Below are positions 56,851 to 64,000 of a stretch of 64,000 nucleotides of DNA, in pieces. Each line of letters starts with the position of its first letter. Within the stretch, counting starts at the first letter, position 1. This DNA is from Candidatus Spongiisociaceae bacterium (lineage in GTDB: Bacteria; Actinomycetota; Acidimicrobiia; Spongiisociales; Spongiisociaceae). Position numbers and translations under genes: made by a program. The stretch spans positions 2,880,001-2,944,000 of the forward strand of contig OZ253564.1 of NCBI GenBank assembly GCA_965262915.1, in the 5' to 3' direction. The notes under the pieces were generated by a model. The model was not told where the DNA came from. It was given only the letters and a program-made list of their open reading frames with translations, and did no database searches.

Positions 56851-57214
56851 GCCGGTCTGTTCGCTCGACGGCTGTACCGAACCGTCGAAGGCTCGCGGCT
56901 TCTGTAAGAGCCACTGGGCGCGGGTCCGGTTCCGGGAGCGTCGGCTGGCCGAAGGGCGGAAACCGCTCAAAGAGAACCCAAGACCCGAAGAGTTGCTGGT
57001 CCGCTACTGGACACCCGCCGAAGACGCCCTCATCCTCGCTGAGATAGCCAAGGGCTTGGGGAAGGCCGACTGGCTGCCCGTGGCCCTTCAACTTGGACGC
57101 ACCAGGCAGGCGTGTAGGACCCGTGCGACCTTCTTGCGGAAACGGGATCGTCTCGCGGACGGATCTCCAGCCGAACACGTTGGCATAGCGGAAGTGGTAA
57201 CCGAAACTTCCTAA
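56843..57214 (+). CDS. Zn-finger plus Myb/SANT-like DNA-binding protein
   Basis: CSLDGC...ARGFCKSH, then WTPAEDALIL...DWLPVALQLGRTRQACRTR. Confidence 0.6.
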   Translation: MGKPVCSLDGCTEPSKARGFCKSHWARVRFRERRLAEGRKPLKENPRPEELLVRYWTPAEDALILAEIAKGLGKADWLPVALQLGRTRQACRTRATFLRKRDRLADGSPAEHVGIAEVVTETS

Positions 57215-57246
57215 AACACTCTGACCTGGGGATATAGGCGGTATCG

Positions 57247-57260
57247 GTGGTGAGGGTGGG
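57247..57260. other. att core (right junction) GTGGTGAGGGTGGG
   Basis: Exact repeat of 45452-45465. Confidence 0.9.
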
Positions 57261-58737
57261 ACACCACCAGCAGGTCTATGGCCCGTATGCCGAATCGGGA
57301 CAGCCCGTCGCGAACCTTCAACCCGCTGCTCCCTCCGTCGATCAGTACCGTTTCGCCGCCTTCGCCGAGCAGCAGCAGAGCGTCTCCCTGCCCGACATCC
57401 AGCGCCACGAAGGCGGGTCGGACCGAGGTGAGAGCGAACGTGTGAGGGGCGGCGGAGACCGTGAGCACGCTCACCACCAGCACGCACGCCACGACCGCTG
57501 CCGGACGGATCCGACCCCACATCGCCCCCGACCCGAGCACCAACAGGACCACGAAGCCCCGCCAGTCGATCTGGGGTAGGTCGGCGGTGATCGTTGCGAT
57601 GCTGAGCACCACCTCTGCCGCCATGGCTGCCGCGGCTACGACCACGTCGATCCCGGCCAGGGCGCCCGCCCCGGCCAATCCGGTGGAGGCGACCACGAAC
57701 GGAGCCGCGGCCACGTTGGCGACGGGCGACCACAACGGGATGGTCCCCACGGCAACCAGCAAGATGGGCGCCACCCCCAGTTGCGCCCCACACGACGCGC
57801 CCAGCGCGGTTCCCACCCATCTCGGCCGCAGCGCTGCGAACCAACCGGCGCCGATCACCACACCGGCGGTGGCGGCCACCGAGAGCTGGAATCCCAGGCT
57901 GAAGGCAAGCTCGGGAGAGGCGAGGAGCAGGAGGCCTACCCCGCCGGCGATGACCACCCAGATGTCGGGGCGTAGCCCGAAAGGCCGGGCCACCAGAACC
58001 AGTCCGGCCATCGTCGCGGCCCGAACCACCGAGGGATCGGGTCCGATCAGCAACACGAAGAAGGCCAGTCCGCCCAGGCCGATCACCGCCCGGCGCCGGG
58101 AACTCCATCCGAGGGGACCGGCCACCAGGAACAGGGCGCTCAGGAAGAGAGCCACGTTGCTTCCCGACACCGCCACGAAGTGGGACAACCCGGCGCGACG
58201 CATCCGCTCGACGTCCACCTCCTCCAGATGGGAGGTGTCGCCCAGCAGGAAACCGGCGAGGAGGGCCCGGCCGCGACCTGCGTCCGGCCCCAACCGTTCG
58301 ATGATCCCCGCACGGATAGCGACGATCGTCTGACCCAGCCATCCACCGGATGCTCCGGCGGTGCGGGACTGCACCACCTCTCCCCGCCAGGTCACCCTAC
58401 GACCGGGACCGCCCCCCTGGGCTGCATCCGGGATCGGCTCCATCTCGGTCCTGATCCACCAACGGCTGGTCCTGGGCCAATGGGCAACATCGCCGCGGAG
58501 CCAACCGACCGGACCGTCCCAGGGTCGGCGCCGACCCTCCTCCCCCACGGCAACGACCCGGGCACGCACCAGTCCGTCGTCCCGCATCCGGATGCCGTCC
58601 GACAGCGCCTCCACCACCAACATCACCTCGCCGACGGGGAGTTCGAGCCCGAGCGTGCGCTGGTCGCGGGCGGCGAGCATCAGACCGGCCACCATCCCTA
58701 CGGCAGCCAGCCCCATCACCAGGCCCGCCGTCCACTG

Positions 58738-58902
58738 AGTGGTCTGCCTGTCGGACGATTCGGCGTGTCCCGCTTGCCATCGACGCCCCTCGCTGCGTTC
58801 CGCCTCCTCGACGTACCGCTGCTGGTACGCCTTCGTCGGCGGGCCGTGCGAGGAACGCCGCTGCCGGCGCATGACACACCGCCACTTCGCAGACAGACCA
58901 CT
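58738..58902. repeat. Dispersed TIR-bounded repeat, copy 3, in frame inside comEC
   Basis: AGTGGTCTG...CAGACCACT, 165 bp (55 codons) with no stop in the comEC frame. Confidence 0.85.
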
Positions 58903-59036
58903 GGCGAGGACCGCCGGCCCGAGCGCCGCGATCAGCGCGACCGGGGACCACGAGATCCATACCCCGCAAGCGATCCCGATCCATATGGCGGCGGCGCCCG
59001 CCAGGTAGAGGACGGCGCGCCGATCCGGGAGACGGC

Positions 59037-59654
59037 TTATCGACTCACCACCGCGTAATCACGGAGACCGGCCAGCTTTCCTTCGCCGATGCCCGGTACA
59101 TCGAGCAGGTCCTCCAACGTCTCGAACGGGCCGTGGGTCTCGCGATAGGTCATGATGCGGGTGGCCAGGACCTCCCCCACTCCGGGCAACCCGGTCAGCT
59201 CGTCGACCCCGGCGCGGTTCAAATCGACCGGGAACTTCCTGGCTTCGGGTCCCGGCGCGGCTACCGGGGTCGGAGTAGCCCCGTCCGCCCACGGTACGAC
59301 GAGCCGCATCCCGTCCGCCACCGGGGCGGCCAGGTTGATGTTTCCCAGCCTCCCGCCCAGGCGGGCCCCTCCGGCCGCAACTATCGCGTCGGCCACGCGG
59401 CTCCCGTCCGGAACCGATACCAGCCCCGGCGCCGTGACCGCCCCGGACACATGGACGGTCAGCATGGCCGGAAGGGACGCCACCGGCGACGAGGTCGGGG
59501 GCGTGGTGGCGGCGGGCGGTACGGAAGGAGGGGGCGCCTGGGGCCGGTGCCAGAAGGCGAAGGCGATGGCGAGAGCCAGACCGGCTCCCACGATCGGTAC
59601 GACCACGCGCCGCTGGGAGATGTTCGCAGGTGGCCGGCTATCGGTATCGGGCAT
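59037..59654 (-). CDS. comEA: Competence protein ComEA
   Basis: TM helix, SLBB domain VHVSGAV..PG, and HhH motifs LPGVG and VPGIG. Confidence 0.93.
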   Translation of the reverse strand: MPDTDSRPPANISQRRVVVPIVGAGLALAIAFAFWHRPQAPPPSVPPAATTPPTSSPVASLPAMLTVHVSGAVTAPGLVSVPDGSRVADAIVAAGGARLGGRLGNINLAAPVADGMRLVVPWADGATPTPVAAPGPEARKFPVDLNRAGVDELTGLPGVGEVLATRIMTYRETHGPFETLEDLLDVPGIGEGKLAGLRDYAVVSR

Positions 59655-59797
59655 GCGGACCTTTCGTCGAGGGGCTACTGACCTTGTATCAAATGCGACC
59701 TCGTCCGGGAAGAGGCTTGCCGGTGGTCGGCGGTCGCCGCGTTCCTCCTACCGGCGAGGGGCCGCTACGCTGCTCGGGCCCGGCGCATAGGACGGTC

Positions 59798-60685
59798 TTG
59801 CTGGTTCTGGACGATCTGAGAAAGAAGTACCGCGACGTGGTTGCGCTCGACGGCTGCAACCTGTCTGTCCGGCCCGGTCGGATGGTGGGATTCCTCGGAC
59901 CGAACGGCGCGGGCAAGACCAGCGCCATGCGGGCTGTCTTCGGGCTACTGCGCCTCGACGGCGGGACGGTGACCTGGCAGGGCCGACCGGTGTCCGGTGC
60001 CGACCGGCGCCGGTTCGGATACATGCCCGAGGCCCGGGGGCTCTACCCGCGCATGAAGGTGGGTAACCAGATGGCCTACCTGGGCCGGCTCCACGGTATG
60101 GACAGGAACGCTGCGGCCGAGGCGGCCGCCCGATGGGTCGAGCGGGTCGGGTTGGGCGAACGGGCCGGGTCGAAGCTGGAGGAACTGTCCCACGGGAACC
60201 AGCAGCGGGCGCAACTGGTGGCCGCTCTCGTGCACGACCCCGACCTTCTGGTGCTCGACGAGCCGTTCAGCGGTCTCGACCCCCTGGGCTTGGAGGAGAT
60301 GGCCGGGATCCTGCGCCAGAGGGCCGACGGCGGGGCGGCGGTGCTGTTCTCCAGCCACCAACTCGACCTGGTGGAGGATCTGTGCGACGACGTGGCCATC
60401 ATCAACCGGGGGCGGGTGGTCGTCGCGGGAGATGTCCGAACACTGAAGGACCGCTCCTCGTACCGGCGGCTGGAGGTGGACATGGACAGCACCGCCGGGT
60501 TCGCCCACCGTATGGGCGAAGCGGAGGTGCTGGAGGCGCGCGGAACCAGGCATACCTTGCTGGTCCCCGCCGGCGCCGATGTCCACGATCTGCTCGCATC
60601 GTTGCACGGGCGGGGAAGGATCAGGGAGTTCTCGTACGGTCCGCCCACCCTGTCGGACCTGTTCAAGGAGGCGGTGCGGGCATGA
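59798..60685 (+). CDS. ABC transporter ATP-binding protein
   Basis: GPNGAGKT, LSHGN, LVLDEP and SSH. Confidence 0.93.
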   Translation: MLVLDDLRKKYRDVVALDGCNLSVRPGRMVGFLGPNGAGKTSAMRAVFGLLRLDGGTVTWQGRPVSGADRRRFGYMPEARGLYPRMKVGNQMAYLGRLHGMDRNAAAEAAARWVERVGLGERAGSKLEELSHGNQQRAQLVAALVHDPDLLVLDEPFSGLDPLGLEEMAGILRQRADGGAAVLFSSHQLDLVEDLCDDVAIINRGRVVVAGDVRTLKDRSSYRRLEVDMDSTAGFAHRMGEAEVLEARGTRHTLLVPAGADVHDLLASLHGRGRIREFSYGPPTLSDLFKEAVRA

Positions 60686-61884
60686 ACGGCTTCCGGGCCA
60701 CCGGCCTCGTTACGCTGCGTGAACTCCGCGAACGCGGACTGAGCCGTTCGTACCTCATCAGCTGGTTGGTGCTGGTGTTCCTCATCGGCGTGGGTTTCAC
60801 CCTGCCGAACCTCCTGGGCGATGGGGACGAGGAGCGCACCTACCGGATAGGGCTGGTGGGGTCCGAGAACGGGAGGGTGATCGAGAGGGCCCGCTCCATG
60901 GTGTCGGGCGCCGAGCCGCCTATCGGCATCGAGACCAGTCCGTTCTCCCGGCGAGCCGACGCGGTGGGTGCGGTGGCCGACGGTGCAATCGACGTGGCTC
61001 TCGTGAACGGGAAAGAGCTGATCGTGGAGGAGGCGGGAGGCTCGGGCCTGGTGTCCATGCTGCAGCAAGCGGCCCGGTCGGTCGGGATCGAGGAGATGGT
61101 GGCCTCCGGCGAGGTTACCGAGCGGGTAGTGGCGTTGCTGTCCGGGGAGGCGCTGGAGGTGTCCGCGGCCGGCCCCGAGGTGCACGAGGATGCAGAGGAC
61201 CGCCAGTTCGTGATCGGCCAGGCGGCGCTGGTCCTGCTCTTCATGGCCATCATGATGACCGGGTCGTGGGTCCTGCTGGGGGTGACGGAGGAAAAGACCA
61301 GCCGGGTGGCGGAAGTGCTGCTCTCCGCTCTCCGACCCTGGCAACTCCTCGCGGGGAAGATCCTCGGGGTGGGCATCCTGGGTTTGCTCCAGTTCAGTGT
61401 CCTCGTGGGAGGAGTCGTGCTGGGAGTGCGGCTCGTGTACGGCGCCGACCTGATCCCCGAGGTCGATGCGGGCCTGCTGACGACGCTGCTCGTCTGGTTC
61501 GTTCTCGGCTACTCCGTGTACGCCATCGGCTACGCGGCTGTCGGTGCGGTGGCTTCGCGTCCCGAAGACGCCCAGAATGCCGCCTTCCCCATGACGATGG
61601 TGTCGCTCATCGGCTACTTCACCGGAATCTTCTACGTGGGGCAGCATCCCGACTCCGTGATCTCTGCCGCACTGTCCTTCGTCCCGCTCACCGCGCCGTT
61701 CGTGATACCCGTCCGGGCGGTGTCCGACTCGGTGGGCATCTGGGAGCAGGTAGCTGCGGCGACGGTCATGGTCGGGTTCGGAATGTGGCTGATCCGGGTG
61801 GCGGGAAAGGTCTACGCCGGTGGGGTATTCAACTACCGGAGCCGGGTGAAGCTGCGGGAGGCCGTCCGCTCGGCGGAGTTCTGA
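60682..61884 (+). CDS. ABC-2 type permease (NatB/YhaP-like)
   Basis: EEKTSRVAEVLLS...LAGKILG and multiple TM helices. ATGA overlap with the ATPase gene. Confidence 0.9.
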   Translation: MNGFRATGLVTLRELRERGLSRSYLISWLVLVFLIGVGFTLPNLLGDGDEERTYRIGLVGSENGRVIERARSMVSGAEPPIGIETSPFSRRADAVGAVADGAIDVALVNGKELIVEEAGGSGLVSMLQQAARSVGIEEMVASGEVTERVVALLSGEALEVSAAGPEVHEDAEDRQFVIGQAALVLLFMAIMMTGSWVLLGVTEEKTSRVAEVLLSALRPWQLLAGKILGVGILGLLQFSVLVGGVVLGVRLVYGADLIPEVDAGLLTTLLVWFVLGYSVYAIGYAAVGAVASRPEDAQNAAFPMTMVSLIGYFTGIFYVGQHPDSVISAALSFVPLTAPFVIPVRAVSDSVGIWEQVAAATVMVGFGMWLIRVAGKVYAGGVFNYRSRVKLREAVRSAEF

Positions 61885-61989
61885 GGGCCGGTGGCCGGTG
61901 GCCGGTGACTCGGCGTGCGGCCGGTGGACTCCATCCATCCCTGCCGGTGTTGCCGCCGTTCCGAGCGATCCGCCGGCAGGTGCGAAGCC

Positions 61990-64000
61990 TCAGACTACGA
62001 GGTTGAGCAGTCTGGGCCGCCGGTCCACGATCCGGCGGATCTCGCCGCCGGCGACGTGTTGTGCCACGTTGCGAGCCGAAAGCGCCAGATCGACGGCGTC
62101 GTGGTGGGAGATGTCGACGGGCACTTCCAGCCGGGCCCGTACCTTCCCGTTCACCTGCACCACCATCGTGACCACCTCCTCGGCGGCCACTTCCTCGTCG
62201 GCCACCGGCCAGGTCTGGAGGTGCACGCTGGTGGTATTGCCCAGCATCCGCCACACCTCCTCCGTGACGTGGGGGGCGATCGGGGCCAGTAGCATGACCG
62301 TTGTCGACAACGCTTCCCGCCAGGCCTCGGCGGTCACCTTGCGGGCGGACAGAGCGTCGTTCAGCGCGTTCCGCAGCTTCATGAGTTCGGCGACCGCGGT
62401 GTTCCAACTGAAAGATTCGAGGTCGTCCCCGACCTTGATGATCGCCTGGTGAGCGCGCCGCCGGAGGGCCGCGGTAGCTGCCGGGTCGAGGACTCCGGGG
62501 CGGTACTCGGTCTGACCCAGCCTCCAGATGTCGGCGATGAACCGCTGCGCACCCCTGATTCCCCGGCTGTCCCACGGACCCCCCTTCTCCCACTCGAAGG
62601 CGAACATGAGATAGGTCCGGACCGTATCGGCGCCGAAGCGGTCCACCAGGAGGTCGGGATTGACCACGTTGCCGCGGGATTTGGACATGCGCTGGACATC
62701 GAGGCGGTGCCGGAGCTGCGACACGTTGTTGGCTCCGGGAATGGTCGGGATCCGGACCTCCGCGTCTTCCGGTACCTCCACCGTGATCGGCTCGGCCGAC
62801 CCGCCCGGCTGCACCACCAGGATGTGCTCGGTGCGGCTCATGATCTCACCGGCCACCCCGCCGGGATACCGGTCGCCTTCCCCCTCCGACGGATCGGTCA
62901 CCACCCGCACCGACGAAGCCATGAACCGATCGTCCTCGGTCCGGCCCTCCACCACCACCAGGTCACCGTCCCGCTCCTCCCCCAGGACCTGACCCTGGTT
63001 GCGGAGCATCGTCATCGGCTCGTCGAAGAGTCCCCCCGGATCCCGTCCGTGGGACCGCATGGCCTCCGCGGTGGCGTCGAACACGCCCATGTCTCGCAGA
63101 GCCTTCGTGAAGAACCTGGTGTAAAGCAGATGCATCACCGCGTGCTCAGCACCCCCGGTGTAGGTGTCCACCGGCAGCCAGTAGGCCGCCTCCTCGGGGT
63201 CGAAGGGCCCCTCGGCGTAGTCGGGACTCAGGTATCGGAGCTGGTACCACGACGAGCACATGAAGGTGTCCATGGTGTCGGTCTCCCTGGTGGCCGGCCG
63301 GCCCTCGGAGTCGACCGTGTTGAGGAAATCCTCGTGGTAGGTGAGGGGACTCCGGCCGGTGGGCATGAACTCGACGTTCTCGGGCAACTCGACGGGAAGG
63401 GAGTTGTCGGGGACCGGTTCGGCGGTCCCGTCGCTGCGATACACCACCGGGATGGGGCTTCCCCAGTAGCGCTGGCGGCTGATCAACCAGTCCCGGAGGC
63501 GGTACTGGACCGCACCTCGCCCATGACCGTTCTGCTCGAGCCACTCGATGATGGCAGCCTTGGCGTCCTCGATGTGGAGGCCGTCGAGGAACCCCGAGTT
63601 GATCGACGGGCCGTCACCCTCGTAGGCGTCGCCGGCGAAGTCGGCCGGAGGCGCTACGGTGCGCACGATGGGGAGGTGGAAGCGCTCCGCGAACTCCCAG
63701 TCGCGGCTGTCCTCGCCCGGTACCGCCATTATCGCCCCGGTGCCGTAGCTCATCAGGACGTAATCAGCGATCCATACCGGGATGTCTTCTCCGGTCACCG
63801 GATTGAGCGCGTGGCCTCCGGTGAACACGCCGTTCTTCTCCCTGGTCAGATCGGTGCGCTGTAGCTCCGAGCGGCGGGAGGCATACTCCCGGTAGCGGTC
63901 CACCGACTCCCGCTGCTCCTCCGTTGTGAGCACCTCGACCAAGGGATGCTCGGGCGCCAGGACCATGAAGGTGGCGCCGAACAGGGTGTCGGGACGGGTG
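61990..64000 (-). CDS. leuS: Leucine--tRNA ligase (5' end outside window)
   Basis: TRPDTLFG, YGTGAIMAVP, DWLISRQRYWG, GGAEHAVMHLLY, RMSKS and VQVNGKVR. Confidence 0.97.
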   Translation of the reverse strand, partial: TRPDTLFGATFMVLAPEHPLVEVLTTEEQRESVDRYREYASRRSELQRTDLTREKNGVFTGGHALNPVTGEDIPVWIADYVLMSYGTGAIMAVPGEDSRDWEFAERFHLPIVRTVAPPADFAGDAYEGDGPSINSGFLDGLHIEDAKAAIIEWLEQNGHGRGAVQYRLRDWLISRQRYWGSPIPVVYRSDGTAEPVPDNSLPVELPENVEFMPTGRSPLTYHEDFLNTVDSEGRPATRETDTMDTFMCSSWYQLRYLSPDYAEGPFDPEEAAYWLPVDTYTGGAEHAVMHLLYTRFFTKALRDMGVFDATAEAMRSHGRDPGGLFDEPMTMLRNQGQVLGEERDGDLVVVEGRTEDDRFMASSVRVVTDPSEGEGDRYPGGVAGEIMSRTEHILVVQPGGSAEPITVEVPEDAEVRIPTIPGANNVSQLRHRLDVQRMSKSRGNVVNPDLLVDRFGADTVRTYLMFAFEWEKGGPWDSRGIRGAQRFIADIWRLGQTEYRPGVLDPAATAALRRRAHQAIIKVGDDLESFSWNTAVAELMKLRNALNDALSARKVTAEAWREALSTTVMLLAPIAPHVTEEVWRMLGNTTSVHLQTWPVADEEVAAEEVVTMVVQVNGKVRARLEVPVDISHHDAVDLALSARNVAQHVAGGEIRRIVDRRPRLLNLVV

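Larger units (their letters stand above)
45466..57260. mobile_element. Capsid-forming, tail-less phage satellite (cf-PICI-like) integrated in comEC
   Basis: Bounded by att direct repeats. Contains int, alpA, rep, HNH, terL, capsid, protease, connector and portal; no tail or lysis genes recognised. Confidence 0.88.
57211..59040 (-). pseudogene. comEC: comEC 5' part (TM/competence domain and start of MBL domain), ending in an element-derived stop
   Basis: GLSHFVAVSGSNV, PSVVRAATM, GFQLSV, LDVGQGDA, LIDGG and VSHPHH. Frame is open up to ATA at 59040. Confidence 0.92.

Noticed and set aside
45466-57260. Complete prophage or gene transfer agent
   Set aside because: No tail or lysis genes. It has its own integrase, rep and att sites, unlike a GTA.
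60076-61938. Long antisense ORFs (e.g. 620 aa here; also 27847-29118, 37699-38958, 40137-41468, 62449-63864)
   Set aside because: High-GC shadow frames opposite well-supported genes.

Overview
High-GC actinobacterial chromosome segment. Acidimicrobiia-like is an inference from the SLH remnant and gene style. Left part (1-~25,400): an IS-riddled defence/accessory island bounded by a P4-like tyrosine integrase next to tRNA-Asn(GTT). It carries a truncated hsdR, a DRB0094-type RNA ligase, TM0106/RecB-like and NucS-like nucleases, two toxin-antitoxin-like pairs, two NPNTP (LRV/HEAT-like) repeat proteins, a dif-like Xer site and many nested IS30/IS3/IS256/ISL3/IS5/IS21 pieces. Right part: the core run rpoD-like sigma, dnaG, glyQS, uppS, recO, era, ybeY, phoH, dnaJ, hrcA, rpsT, holA, comEC, comEA, leuS. 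The main observation is an ~11.8 kb tail-less, capsid-forming phage satellite (cf-PICI-like). It is integrated through a 14-bp core into the codons of the HxHxDH metallo-beta-lactamase motif of comEC, so precise excision would rebuild the competence gene. It encodes an integrase, AlpA, an AAA replication protein with iteron-like ori, HNH, TerL, capsid, a double-domain protease, a connector, a portal and a Zn-finger/Myb-like protein. The same comEC also carries an in-frame copy of a ~165-bp TIR-bounded dispersed repeat and an apparent ATG->ATA start. Both IS30 copies sit at the same conserved codon of IS3 transposases. All family assignments come from motif recognition by eye; no searches were run.
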